IMG/VR virus record: IMGVR_UViG_3300008259_003948
Coordinates: 531-64,530 of that record
Origin: a virus
Lineage: Duplodnaviria > Caudoviricetes
DNA length: 64,000 nucleotides
Direction: 5' to 3' (one strand)
In this document: in pieces, positions 50,727-60,956 of the stretch
Layout: each line of letters begins with the position of its first letter
Position numbering within the stretch: the first letter of the stretch is position 1
Program-made: the position numbers and the translations under genes
Notes under the pieces: model-generated
The model's database searches: none
What the model was told of the DNA's origin: nothing
The model's input: the letters and a program-made list of their open reading frames with translations, nothing else

Positions 50727-51398
50727 TTATGATAAGTGTCCTTTCCAAACAGAATAATTTGATAAATCTTTATACTTCCAAGATCCTCCAGTATCATCAT
50801 TATGTTCAGGTAATTTGTCAAATATTTCAATACCTCTTGCCGCTTGTTCTGGTGGCATGTAAAAATTCCAACCCAACACGGTTAAATCTGTTATTGTTTC
50901 GTGTGGTTCTCTATTATTTCTTCCTTCATATCTAGCTAACCTAAACCATTGATATGCATCATAATCATCGGTTAATATCATGCCACCTTTGGCTATTGGT
51001 AAAACTTTCCTTATGTGAAAAGATAAACAATGAAAAGTACCTTTGATATACATATCTTTTGTAAATCTAGTCGCCCCATCAATAACAGGATAAGGATTTA
51101 AAGGGTAAACACCACTCCACTCAATATCTTCAAATTTTATATTACATCCTGAATGAATTATTAAACCTGGTACTGATAGATAAGTCTTTTTGGGTATTGT
51201 AATTGTACCAGTCGCTTTCAAATATTTTAAACACATGAACATAGCGTTGGTACAATTATCACAAGATACCGCATATTTGCTACCGGCGTATTTGGCAACT
51301 TTATCCTCGAACGCATCAACAATGTCCCAAGGATCATCAATTTTGTATCCTTGACTAATTAATTTTTCTTTTGTTTTTGTTAAATCTGAAATAAACAT
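50727..51398 (-). CDS. DegT/DnrJ/EryC1/StrS-family PLP enzyme (short form)
   Basis: YAVS..NCT.A, IDGA, SFHIRK (PLP Lys), GGMILTD. Confidence 0.8.
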   Translation of the reverse strand: MFISDLTKTKEKLISQGYKIDDPWDIVDAFEDKVAKYAGSKYAVSCDNCTNAMFMCLKYLKATGTITIPKKTYLSVPGLIIHSGCNIKFEDIEWSGVYPLNPYPVIDGATRFTKDMYIKGTFHCLSFHIRKVLPIAKGGMILTDDYDAYQWFRLARYEGRNNREPHETITDLTVLGWNFYMPPEQAARGIEIFDKLPEHNDDTGGSWKYKDLSNYSVWKGHLS

Positions 51399-51402
51399 AA
51401 TT

Positions 51403-52110
51403 TTATAATTTTTTTTTCCAATTTTCCCAACAAAAATGGTAACACCAAGTCAAATTATGGGATATTGATAGTTTATTGTATAAATTTTCTTTCAAAGTAA
51501 TATAATCATCAATACCATCACTTTTTGAATGAAACTGAACTTGTAAATTATTAATTTTATTTATAATCCCTGTCTCAATCAAATTCGAAATTACATTATA
51601 TTCCCCACCCTCAATGTTAATTTTCAATAAGTCAATTTTTTCTAAATCTAAAATATTAAGTGTTTCCGAAACATTTTTAAAAAAAACAATTTCTTTTTGA
51701 TATTGATTGTTGTTAATAAATTCAGAACTACCGTCATTGTTTAAAATTATTGGACATTCCTTATCGATGTTAGATAGGCCATAATTAAAAACTTTGACCT
51801 TGTCGTTATTTTTGAATCTATTTACAATTTCGTCGTAAAATTTTTTAATTGGTTCAAAAATATAAACGTTACTGTTGTATCTATTTATGATTTGATTTGT
51901 CCATTCACCTTTATATCCACCAAAATCAAGAACTATTGAATTTTCACTCAAGTCATAATTTAACCTTAAAGTGGTATCACCAGAGTCCCTGAACCATCTA
52001 ACGTGTTCGTAATCAATGATTTTTGATTCGGTATCGTCATCATTATTGTCCTTAATGTTAAGTAGATTAATACTTTTAACTCTACTATATAATTCATATC
52101 TTTCGTACAT
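51403..52110 (-). CDS. FkbM-family methyltransferase
   Basis: VLDFGGYKG, FEP, LLKINIEGGEY, QVQFH. Confidence 0.85.
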   Translation of the reverse strand: MYERYELYSRVKSINLLNIKDNNDDDTESKIIDYEHVRWFRDSGDTTLRLNYDLSENSIVLDFGGYKGEWTNQIINRYNSNVYIFEPIKKFYDEIVNRFKNNDKVKVFNYGLSNIDKECPIILNNDGSSEFINNNQYQKEIVFFKNVSETLNILDLEKIDLLKINIEGGEYNVISNLIETGIINKINNLQVQFHSKSDGIDDYITLKENLYNKLSISHNLTWCYHFCWENWKKKL

Positions 52111-52111
52111 A

Positions 52112-52762
52112 CTATTTATGCATGGTATTGTAATAACCACCAATTACAAATTTATTTTTCATAGTAGCGCTCTCCAACGAGTAATTAGATTCATAATTAA
52201 CCGGTGGTACAACTCTAAAATCAAAACTACATCTGGTCACTTTAGTGTCATTTAATTTATTAAAATGTCTTTGTTTGTTACCATAAAAAAGTAAAATCTC
52301 ACCAAATTCCATTTCGATAGGTTCATAATCACCCAAACCAGGTATTGATTCAAGATACATCGAATTATTACCAAATGATTTTGTTAGTGGTAAGAATATG
52401 TTAATTTCTCCAGATGGATGTTTATGTAAAGCGTCGCCATCTGAATGGGGAACATATACTGCTTTACCGCCAGGTTGTGTAACTCTGAATGAAGGTGTTT
52501 TTTGATAAATGATATATTCCTCTTCAGGAAATAAAGGGCAAATTACTTCCTTAATGAACTTTTTGTATAGTTCTATAAATTCAGGAAACCCAGATCTCAG
52601 ATGATCGTAGAAAATTTTGTGAAAAACTGAATCAGTATCTTCCCCCAATTTTTTATTAGAGTGGTCTAAACCATCAAATAATTTATCTAAATCATCATCG
52701 TATAAATTTCCAATCATTTTATCAAATGGAAATTTTTCTTTGTCAAATTTTATTTTTTTCAT
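52112..52762 (-). CDS. 2OG-Fe(II) oxygenase-like (StrG-like) protein
   Basis: QKTPSFRV, HSD, EINIFLPLT, H..N....R.SFDFR. Confidence 0.65.
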   Translation of the reverse strand: MKKIKFDKEKFPFDKMIGNLYDDDLDKLFDGLDHSNKKLGEDTDSVFHKIFYDHLRSGFPEFIELYKKFIKEVICPLFPEEEYIIYQKTPSFRVTQPGGKAVYVPHSDGDALHKHPSGEINIFLPLTKSFGNNSMYLESIPGLGDYEPIEMEFGEILLFYGNKQRHFNKLNDTKVTRCSFDFRVVPPVNYESNYSLESATMKNKFVIGGYYNTMHK

Positions 52763-52765
52763 TTT

Positions 52766-53332
52766 TTATAGTTTTTTTGATATCATATAACCCTCAACTC
52801 TATCAATTGGTAAATTTTTGATAAAGTGTGGAGGTAAATCCGCAAATAATATGTTTTCGAAACCATTTTCTATCATAAGTTCCTCAAATTTAAATTTAGC
52901 TCTATTCAAATTATTATTACCCATCACATAACCACCAGGTATAATATTTTTAATTAACCATTTTTGTACTTTTATTTTTAATTCAGGGGTATGTGGCATG
53001 CTACCGATGTCGTTGTGAACAAATGCTATTGGGATATTATCTTCCTCAGACAATTCATTACAATCTTTTATAATTACTTTTTCATGACTATTGGGGTTAT
53101 ATAAATCGAAACCGATACATCTATCATATCCGTACTTTTGACATAATAAATCGAATGATATTGATTTGGCCGTACCAAATACTACAATATAACCTTCTTT
53201 AGGTATATCTAAATTAAATGTTACATCTTTGTAGAAATTATTGACGTAATATTTTTCTCCAAATTGATCATGTTCATCAAATTCGGGGTTATTGAACCAA
53301 AAGTCATAAGACTCACTTTTTTTATTTGACAT
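52766..53332 (-). CDS. Putative methyltransferase-like protein
   Basis: VVFGTA..IGFDL..PGGYV Rossmann-like pattern. Confidence 0.45.
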   Translation of the reverse strand: MSNKKSESYDFWFNNPEFDEHDQFGEKYYVNNFYKDVTFNLDIPKEGYIVVFGTAKSISFDLLCQKYGYDRCIGFDLYNPNSHEKVIIKDCNELSEEDNIPIAFVHNDIGSMPHTPELKIKVQKWLIKNIIPGGYVMGNNNLNRAKFKFEELMIENGFENILFADLPPHFIKNLPIDRVEGYMISKKL

Positions 53333-54239
53333 ATTTGAAGTATTCTTTTGTATTGTAATTTGGGTTTTCAAAACACATATTGATTAATGTTAATAAAGTA
53401 TCATCAGGATTAATATATTTTTTGGAAATCTCGTGATTTATTTTTATATACGGTAACATCTCCATATATAATTCAATACTAATATTATTAATAATATTGT
53501 CAACATTAGTGATATCATTAAATTCTATAATTCCCCGAGAATCAAAAAAATCACTTATATTGGGACATCCTCTATATATTGGTATATTACCGGTAATAAA
53601 ACAATCTAGTATTTTTTCAGTATAATAATTTTCGGAAATAGAATTTTCAATCGATATCGAATACATATACGGAACTAAAGAGTCTGATTTAGCATCTAGT
53701 TGTCCTTTTATTGTTCCCGAACCGAAGAGATCAATTTTATTATTCAGTCTGTTTGCAACTTCTTTTCTTAAATTACGATCTAATCCTCCTTTAGAAGAAT
53801 ATACCATCGAAACTAATTTGTTTTTCTCATTCAATCCATGCGATTCCTTTTCTATACACACCCAATCTGCTGGGAAATACTTGTATTTTTTAGGATTTTT
53901 TTTTAATAAGTTTTCATTAAATGTAAAAATTAAATCCAAACTATCCTCAACAGATAAAACATCATTATATGGTTGGGGCGAATAATCAATAGGCTCGAAG
54001 ATTAAACCGATTTTGAAGTCGGAGTAAATCGAATTAATTAAATTGTTAGTTAAAAAATTATCAGTGAAAACCGTTATACCATTTTTTGTTGTATTTGTAA
54101 AATTTTTTTCTTTGTGAACCCATTTGACATTTTGTTCAAATTCAATTTTTTTTACATTGTTACGCACACCACAACGTAAACCAGCTTCTTTTATATTTGA
54201 GCAATGGGATACATTACTATCCCAAATATTTATTATCAT
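53322..54239 (-). CDS. GT10 alpha-1,3/4-fucosyltransferase-like
   Basis: YMYSISIENSISENYYTEKILDCF..GNIPIYRG, the GT10 motif. Confidence 0.85.
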   Translation of the reverse strand: MIINIWDSNVSHCSNIKEAGLRCGVRNNVKKIEFEQNVKWVHKEKNFTNTTKNGITVFTDNFLTNNLINSIYSDFKIGLIFEPIDYSPQPYNDVLSVEDSLDLIFTFNENLLKKNPKKYKYFPADWVCIEKESHGLNEKNKLVSMVYSSKGGLDRNLRKEVANRLNNKIDLFGSGTIKGQLDAKSDSLVPYMYSISIENSISENYYTEKILDCFITGNIPIYRGCPNISDFFDSRGIIEFNDITNVDNIINNISIELYMEMLPYIKINHEISKKYINPDDTLLTLINMCFENPNYNTKEYFKYVK

Positions 54240-54862
54240 TTCCATATATTCTCAAATTTCTTGTTTATTGTGTGATCGAATTTTTCATAGAATTCTTTTT
54301 TAATCTTTGAATAATTACCATCAAAATGTCCCTGATTAATTACTTTTGGGTCTAATATATGTTCTTTTGATTTTTTAATTGAAAATTCCTTATATATTCT
54401 GTCTAACTTATGTATGTCGAATTCGAATCCCAAAAAAGAAATAATTTTTTCGAATTCTACTAAATGATTATTCATTATGTCATCATATTTTATAAAAATA
54501 ATTTTATGACAATCTTCATTATGATATAACCATCTATTCAAATGATTATAATATTCATTTGAAATTATTTCAATATTGTTTAAATTAAACGGATCAATAT
54601 TTTCATACATCAATAATGAAAATATAGTATCAGTGGGTTTTCGATATAGATATACAACCTTGTCAAACCCCCCTGTTAATCCTTCATCCCCTTTACCAAC
54701 AACTCTATCATGAAGATGATATCCCCAATAATCTTTTTTATTAAAAAAACTTGTAGGTAAACAATATTTATCTAAATATTGTTCTAAAATTAGTCTAACC
54801 CAATGACTTCCGCACCTTGGGTATGACACCAATTGTGTAATTTTAGGGTCAAAATTTTTCAT
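54236..54862 (-). CDS. PAPS-dependent sulfotransferase
   Basis: 5'-PSB SYPRCGSHW; 3'-PB YRKPTDTIFS; IKYDD. Confidence 0.8.
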   Translation of the reverse strand: MKNFDPKITQLVSYPRCGSHWVRLILEQYLDKYCLPTSFFNKKDYWGYHLHDRVVGKGDEGLTGGFDKVVYLYRKPTDTIFSLLMYENIDPFNLNNIEIISNEYYNHLNRWLYHNEDCHKIIFIKYDDIMNNHLVEFEKIISFLGFEFDIHKLDRIYKEFSIKKSKEHILDPKVINQGHFDGNYSKIKKEFYEKFDHTINKKFENIWK

Positions 54863-55479
54863 AATTTTTTAATTTTTGTATTATTATTTAGTTCTTGATT
54901 TGTAATACAACACCATCCTGTAAGCTTATGAAAATTGGATGTCTGATCGGTATAATTTGGTATGTAAATAATGTCATTAGGATTCAATATTTTTTGAATG
55001 TCTGAAAGCTTATATCCATTATTTGTAAAAATTGGATTATTTATATCAATATCATCTGCAAAAATATAATAATTTTTAAAATTTTTCACAATAAAATTAA
55101 TTTCTTCAAAAATTATATTTTCCCCTCCATTGAAATGAGCGTCTAACCAAAAAAAACAAATATTATTTAGTAGTTCTGGTTTATTGGAAACCAAATCATA
55201 AATAAAATGAGGCGAACCAATATTTTTAAAATAAACATTTTTATAATCAAAAACAAAATTTGGTGTATTACTATGTACTTCACAGGAATAACAATTTATG
55301 TCATAATTTCTTGAAACAAAAAATAAAGTATTTCCCATATTTGTTCCAGTTTCGATGAAACTATCACATTTTCCTAATATGGTATCTACAAAATTTATTA
55401 GATGAATGTCCCCGTGGAATCCAGGCCCATCTTCACTTGTTTTAAAATTTTTCAAAAGAGAGTCGTAACTTTCAATCAT
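54859..55479 (-). CDS. SAM methyltransferase-like protein
   Basis: FIETGT..G.T, FWLDAH, FADD. Confidence 0.65.
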   Translation of the reverse strand: MIESYDSLLKNFKTSEDGPGFHGDIHLINFVDTILGKCDSFIETGTNMGNTLFFVSRNYDINCYSCEVHSNTPNFVFDYKNVYFKNIGSPHFIYDLVSNKPELLNNICFFWLDAHFNGGENIIFEEINFIVKNFKNYYIFADDIDINNPIFTNNGYKLSDIQKILNPNDIIYIPNYTDQTSNFHKLTGWCCITNQELNNNTKIKKL

Positions 55480-55519
55480 GGCGTATAATAATTAAAAAAA
55501 ATTGATTTATATATAATTT

Positions 55520-55672
55520 TCAAAATTTATGTTTCGATACTAAAATAGTTTGACCGATTGATCCTATATTTCCTGATGTCATAATTACTTCTGAATCACC
55601 AAACAATTTATTGCCCATAATATAATCATTCAAAAGTTCATTTTGGGTATGTTGATGCGGAACAATAGGCAT
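55520..55672 (-). CDS. Short ORF (50 aa) or gene remnant
   Basis: MPIVPHQHTQNELLNDYIMGNKLFGDSEVIMTSGNIGSIGQTILVSKHKF*; fills an operon gap. Confidence 0.35.
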   Translation of the reverse strand: MPIVPHQHTQNELLNDYIMGNKLFGDSEVIMTSGNIGSIGQTILVSKHKF

Positions 55673-55679
55673 ATTAATC

Positions 55680-56312
55680 TTATTTTATTAACCAATTATA
55701 GTCTGTCTTTTTATTTTGTATATCTGAAAAATCAACTATTTGTTTGGCGATTGCTGGGTAAAAAGAATAGACATTTCTATCTTTTTGTAATTTTACGTAT
55801 GATAAATCAAGTGGTTCCGATAATAAATTTAATTTTTTAATAGTTTCATTGAAAATAGAATTTTTAATTCCAACTAAATGGGTTGAATAAGTTGTGTGTA
55901 GTTTACAAACTTTTTCATTAATTACTACGGGTGGCGTCACACCCATATGTGTATTATGATTACCTCCCATATATAACATATCCCAATCGTAAGGGAGTTC
56001 ATTGAAATATGAGTCAATATTTTTTATTTCATCTGTAAAATAACAATCGTCTTCCAAAATCAATATTTGATGATAAGAATTTTTTATAGATTCTGAAATA
56101 ATGTTAATATTTGTAAGAACTAGTCCTAATTCTCCTGGTAACAATTTAGTTTTTATAGATTTGATATCTAAAGTTCTACCATCAACAGCACTTACTCTTT
56201 CGAATGAACCTAAATCGTATTTTTCAACCTGAGATTGGAAATTAATCATTCTATCTTTTCTTCGATCTAAATTGATACAAAAAACTTTATCAAATCTATC
56301 AAAAAATTTCAT
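55680..56312 (-). CDS. GT25 glycosyltransferase
   Basis: CINLDRRKDR, RVSAVDG, LILEDD, WDMLYMG. Confidence 0.85.
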   Translation of the reverse strand: MKFFDRFDKVFCINLDRRKDRMINFQSQVEKYDLGSFERVSAVDGRTLDIKSIKTKLLPGELGLVLTNINIISESIKNSYHQILILEDDCYFTDEIKNIDSYFNELPYDWDMLYMGGNHNTHMGVTPPVVINEKVCKLHTTYSTHLVGIKNSIFNETIKKLNLLSEPLDLSYVKLQKDRNVYSFYPAIAKQIVDFSDIQNKKTDYNWLIK

Positions 56313-56316
56313 AATA

Positions 56317-56868
56317 CTAATGATTTATTTTATAATACACCTCTTTAGTTACTATATAATTATTTGTCCTTTCTAATATTAATTTTATAAAATCTAAGTC
56401 TTCCCCATCTCTATTTGTTAAAAATCTTAGATTTTCAAATTTATTCTTATAACAAAAAGATATCCCAACATTCCCAAAAATTATTCTGTCATCGTATATT
56501 GGTGGTAGAATACGACCATTATGAAACTTCATTCTCCAAAGAACAAAATCAAAATTAGAATACTTTGTTAACAGGGTTTCAACATAATTTTCATCTAAGG
56601 TATCATCATCATCAAGAAATCCGATCCATTCCGTGTCACATACATCAATACCAAAATTTCTAACCAATCCTGCCATACCATGAGCATTACTTCTACTTCC
56701 CGTTTTTTCAATAATTAAAGTTTTAATCCTTTCATCATTAAATTCTCTACCTTTAACACCATCATATACTATTATACATTTCCAATTGTTATTAGTCTGT
56801 TTCAATAGTGAATCTATAGTTCTAATAATACTATCTCTATTGATGGAGGGAATAATAAATGTTATCAT
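56317..56868 (-). CDS. GT2 glycosyltransferase
   Basis: FIIPS, RNFGI, FLDDDD, GED. Confidence 0.85.
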   Translation of the reverse strand: MITFIIPSINRDSIIRTIDSLLKQTNNNWKCIIVYDGVKGREFNDERIKTLIIEKTGSRSNAHGMAGLVRNFGIDVCDTEWIGFLDDDDTLDENYVETLLTKYSNFDFVLWRMKFHNGRILPPIYDDRIIFGNVGISFCYKNKFENLRFLTNRDGEDLDFIKLILERTNNYIVTKEVYYKINH

Positions 56869-58379
56869 TGATTTAAATTTATAATATATTTAGAAAATTT
56901 ATTAATATTGTTGTGAATGAAGGGTATTAATAATTGATTCATATCCATCATTTCTTGATTTTGAACAGATTCTGTTTTACCTCTAGTTTGACTTTCATAA
57001 TGATAAGCAACTGATCGACCATCAAAATAATTTTCTAATCCCATAGAAATACATTTTAAATTTAATTCAACATCCTCAAAACAGGTCGTGTAATTCTCAT
57101 TAAACATTCCACATTTTATAAAAGTATTTCTTCTTATCATTAATAAAGCCCCTGTATTACCAATAACAGGTTTTACATAATTAGTATAGTTATAATAAGA
57201 GAATAATCCATGATGTGATACAAGTATTGAATTATTTTTTTTCATATGGGCAACAAATATTCCATCATGTTGAATAGTATTGTCACCAAAGTGTAATCTA
57301 CATCCCACTGTACCGGTCAACGGTTTTTCCTTAAAAACATTCACCATATTACCAATGACATCATTTAATAATTTTATATCATTATTACAGAAAAGTAAAA
57401 ACTCGTATTCATTTCCTATATAATTTTTGACGACATCATTGTTTATTTTTGCAAAATTATAATAGTCATAATTGACTAATGTAATATTTGATAATTGTGA
57501 AATTTTGTTTTTAATCTGTTCTAATTCGTGGTATGATGATCCTGTGTCCGCAATGAAAATATGAAATGTTAATGGATTTGAGTTTGCAAAAATTGAATCA
57601 ATACAATTAAATAACAAGTCAAGTTTACTCTTAGTGGGAATTATTATTGCAACCTTATAGTTCTTTTTTATTATTTTTTTATTTTCAGGTATTTGTATGA
57701 AATTAGGTTTAAGATCTAATGGTAAAACTTTTGAATATTTACTAACAAATTTGTCCTTACTTTCAAAAAATTCTTGATTTGGTTTACCAACAGATCGATG
57801 TGTTATTTCAAACGAGGATGTAACACCAATTTTCACACCGTCCAAATAATTTGGAACACAAAACCCGTGATCGTAGAAGTGGAATTTACCAATAGATTCG
57901 TCAAAACTATGTTTAATTTTTGTTTTATCAAAAGCCATAAATAACCCATCAATTGTTACCACAGGAATTAAAAAATCAAATTTTGGACAATATCTGTTAA
58001 TCCATTTTTTTTGACCATCTGGATGGTGATATACCTGGCCAACCATAGTTTGATTCATTCTCTCCCAATACACTCCAGACGTTGGGAAATAACAAGATCC
58101 TGCTTTTCCGATTATTGAGTATTCGGGATTTATTTGAAAATCGCGTAATAACTTTTTTCCCCAACCATTCTCTAAACTAATGTCATTATGAATACAGACA
58201 ACAATATCATATTTAGACTTAGAAATACCTTTATTATAAATTTCTGCTAAAGAATATTCATTATTATTTTGGTATTCTAAAATTTCGTATTCTTTAAGGC
58301 CTACAGTTCTAATCAAATGATCTTTGAATAAACTATTGTATGTTTTATCCTTATGGGTTGAGTAGACTATTGTTATCAT
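56865..58379 (-). CDS. Two-domain GT2-like glycosyltransferase
   Basis: YNKG..CIHND..IDGLF..FHFYD domain, then IIIPTK..FCNND..FEDVELNL domain. Confidence 0.85.
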   Translation of the reverse strand: MITIVYSTHKDKTYNSLFKDHLIRTVGLKEYEILEYQNNNEYSLAEIYNKGISKSKYDIVVCIHNDISLENGWGKKLLRDFQINPEYSIIGKAGSCYFPTSGVYWERMNQTMVGQVYHHPDGQKKWINRYCPKFDFLIPVVTIDGLFMAFDKTKIKHSFDESIGKFHFYDHGFCVPNYLDGVKIGVTSSFEITHRSVGKPNQEFFESKDKFVSKYSKVLPLDLKPNFIQIPENKKIIKKNYKVAIIIPTKSKLDLLFNCIDSIFANSNPLTFHIFIADTGSSYHELEQIKNKISQLSNITLVNYDYYNFAKINNDVVKNYIGNEYEFLLFCNNDIKLLNDVIGNMVNVFKEKPLTGTVGCRLHFGDNTIQHDGIFVAHMKKNNSILVSHHGLFSYYNYTNYVKPVIGNTGALLMIRRNTFIKCGMFNENYTTCFEDVELNLKCISMGLENYFDGRSVAYHYESQTRGKTESVQNQEMMDMNQLLIPFIHNNINKFSKYIINLNQ

Positions 58380-58984
58380 ATTCCTGTTGATCCAAAACCT
58401 TTATCTTGTCTTGGGCTATCACTAACATTTATTTTTTCGTTGATTAGATTCAACCATTTTCCTGCAACTACAGGACACACTACTCCTTGAGCTACTTTCA
58501 TTCCTTTTTTAACCACAAATTCGTGATTGTTAACATTGAACAAAATAACTTTTATTTCACCCAAATATCCCTTGTCCACGGTTCCTGGTGAATTCAAAAC
58601 CATTAAACCTTGTTTGATTGCAAGTCCACTTTTACTCCTAACTTGCATTTCGTGACCATCAGGTAAATCAAAAGACAGTCCTGTGGGAATCAAAGCTCTA
58701 CCAAATGCAGGTATCGTAACTTCCTCAGTTGAATAAAAATCAAACCCTGAGTCCAATTCATAATTATATACCGGATCCACGGCACTCTCATCCAACTTAT
58801 GGTAAACCAATTTTAGTTTTGGTGTTGTGTTGATCATTTCTTGTTCTAACTTTTTAATGTCGAGTCCATATTTTTCCAATATTTCATCATACATTTTTTC
58901 ATCATTATCTGTGTCAAACATTTCCAAGATTTCATCTGGATTTGAATCCTCATATTCTTCAAAATCTTTAATATCCATATTCAT
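58376..58984 (-). CDS. dut: dUTPase (trimeric type)
   Basis: SGFD, RSKSGLA, GTVDKGYLGEI, AQ, R..KGFGSTG. Confidence 0.93.
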   Translation of the reverse strand: MNMDIKDFEEYEDSNPDEILEMFDTDNDEKMYDEILEKYGLDIKKLEQEMINTTPKLKLVYHKLDESAVDPVYNYELDSGFDFYSTEEVTIPAFGRALIPTGLSFDLPDGHEMQVRSKSGLAIKQGLMVLNSPGTVDKGYLGEIKVILFNVNNHEFVVKKGMKVAQGVVCPVVAGKWLNLINEKINVSDSPRQDKGFGSTGI

Positions 58985-59682
58985 TTTAATTCTTTTAGTT
59001 TAGTTACAACATCAATTAATACATCAACATCTTGTTCACAATATTTTGTTATGGCCTCAAGCTGATCTTCTTCCCAATAAGCTTTATGAACTTTGTTTCC
59101 CGTTACTTCAGATGTTTTGGAAGAAGGGACACCCAAAGAAAGACACATAAGTTCCAAAGATCCAATGGACCCAAATTGACCAAATTGCCAAATATCTTTG
59201 GTATCTAATGCTTTTATATCCCAAGGTTTGGTATCATAGGAAGGTAATATCTTTGGTGGTAATAATCCATTAATAACCATTCTTTTGCTAACAACAGGAA
59301 TATCAAAATTCTTAATATTATGACCACAAAGAACAAACCCTAATGGTTCAACCCTATTTAATAATGATTGAACACCCAATAATAATTCCTTTTCGTCTTT
59401 CGATGAAAATGATTGTTTTCTTTTTTTATTTTCGTGATCAATAAAAGAAAAACTGGCACAAACAATTTTTGAAAATTCTGTAACAAGTGCTGATTTTTGA
59501 TAGAACATATCTTCTATCGATAAATGAGAGTCTTCATTAAATCTTTTTTTAAACCAATCGTAATATACTTCGAATAGGTATGCCAAATCAGGGTTCTGTT
59601 GTTGTAACTCTGAATAATTTGCGGCAATACCTACCGTTTCGATATCGAAGAATAATAGTTTGTTTAAAGGATAGTTTATCAT
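58981..59682 (-). CDS. PolB-type 3'-5' exonuclease (DnaQ-like)
   Basis: FFDIET, GHNIKNFDIP, YCEQDV (ExoI-III). Confidence 0.85.
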   Translation of the reverse strand: MINYPLNKLLFFDIETVGIAANYSELQQQNPDLAYLFEVYYDWFKKRFNEDSHLSIEDMFYQKSALVTEFSKIVCASFSFIDHENKKRKQSFSSKDEKELLLGVQSLLNRVEPLGFVLCGHNIKNFDIPVVSKRMVINGLLPPKILPSYDTKPWDIKALDTKDIWQFGQFGSIGSLELMCLSLGVPSSKTSEVTGNKVHKAYWEEDQLEAITKYCEQDVDVLIDVVTKLKELK

Positions 59683-60896
59683 TTTACAATTGATTTATAC
59701 CACTGAGATCTGTCATTGGTTATGTTTCTCAAATCATAGGTATCTTTTACGGTTTCATATAATCTGTTACCCATATCTTCGATCATATTTGGATTATCAA
59801 TAAGTTTTTTTACAAACTTAGACCAATCTGAATGATTTTTATTTTCATCAACAAGAAGAGCATTACCATCAACAAAATTACCATTTTGTAGACAATGTTT
59901 CAAATCTATACTATAAGGTCCAACATTAGATGCAATAATTGCTTTTTTATAAAATCCAGCTTCGATTACTTTCAGTTGTGATTTAACTCTGTTGAAGATA
60001 TGATTTTTGATGGGAGCCAAGGATATATCAAATTTAGAATAATTTTTGGCATATGTGGTTACGGGCAAAGTCCATACCCTTTCATAATTTTCTTCAGAAA
60101 GATTTGAATATGATTTAACAGAATCAAATCTATTTAAATATTCTTTATATTCAGGAGATACAATCCTATACCCATCCGTAAAAATTTCTTCGTATTTTAC
60201 CCAAACGGTTTCGTGAGGTTTGATAGGTCTTTGTTTTTGTTTACCTGTTGCTTTGTCGATCTCAGTCATAGTTCCTCTAGTGTCAAATCCACATAAAACA
60301 TATTTTAATTTAGACTGATAATCAGATAGCTTAGACACCATACCTTCTAAAAGTAAAAGATCGTGATAGTGGGATGATCCACCTAACCAACCAACTCTAA
60401 TTTTATCAGATGGTAAAGTCTTTTCTTTGAATTGTGATTCTTCGGGATTGATACCATTTGGGAAAATAAAAACATTTTTGTTGTGTTTTTTTATTTCATC
60501 GGCAAATAAAGTAGTTGTTGTTGTAACATACTTAGCAATCTTTAAATTCTCGATAATCTTTTCGTGTATCTTGTTTTCTTTTATAATTGCATGAATAGGG
60601 TGTTCTTTGGTTGGCAACCAATAATCATCAATATCAACAATTGTTACAATACCCATTGCATTTAGATTTTGTATTATTTGGTATCCTACTTCATAATTAG
60701 GACCAACATTTCTATGGATGTGAACAATTTGGTATTGAGACCAATACCTAGGGTCATTTATTCGTGGTTCATAGTCGATGTCAATATGAAAATCATCACC
60801 ATATTGTGTTTGTAATGCAATGTGAGGGTCAACAGACCTAAATTTGGAAACACCACTTCTGTCTGAAGGTAATACTAAAACTTTGATTTTGGACAT
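59679..60896 (-). CDS. GT4/GT-B-like glycosyltransferase
   Basis: DIDDYW, GWLGGSSH..DL, DISLAP..FN..KS.LK.IEAG. Confidence 0.75.
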   Translation of the reverse strand: MSKIKVLVLPSDRSGVSKFRSVDPHIALQTQYGDDFHIDIDYEPRINDPRYWSQYQIVHIHRNVGPNYEVGYQIIQNLNAMGIVTIVDIDDYWLPTKEHPIHAIIKENKIHEKIIENLKIAKYVTTTTTLFADEIKKHNKNVFIFPNGINPEESQFKEKTLPSDKIRVGWLGGSSHYHDLLLLEGMVSKLSDYQSKLKYVLCGFDTRGTMTEIDKATGKQKQRPIKPHETVWVKYEEIFTDGYRIVSPEYKEYLNRFDSVKSYSNLSEENYERVWTLPVTTYAKNYSKFDISLAPIKNHIFNRVKSQLKVIEAGFYKKAIIASNVGPYSIDLKHCLQNGNFVDGNALLVDENKNHSDWSKFVKKLIDNPNMIEDMGNRLYETVKDTYDLRNITNDRSQWYKSIVK

Positions 60897-60956
60897 AATA
60901 TATTTTTGAAAAAAAATAATAAAAAAAAGACGAATTATCAATTAATTCGTGAAAAC

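Noticed and set aside
47516-58379. Host chromosomal O-antigen/capsule locus (prophage boundary or chimera)
   Set aside because: Tightly coupled to phage-type phoH and dut, with no wzx/wzy/wzz or host housekeeping genes; best read as part of the phage.
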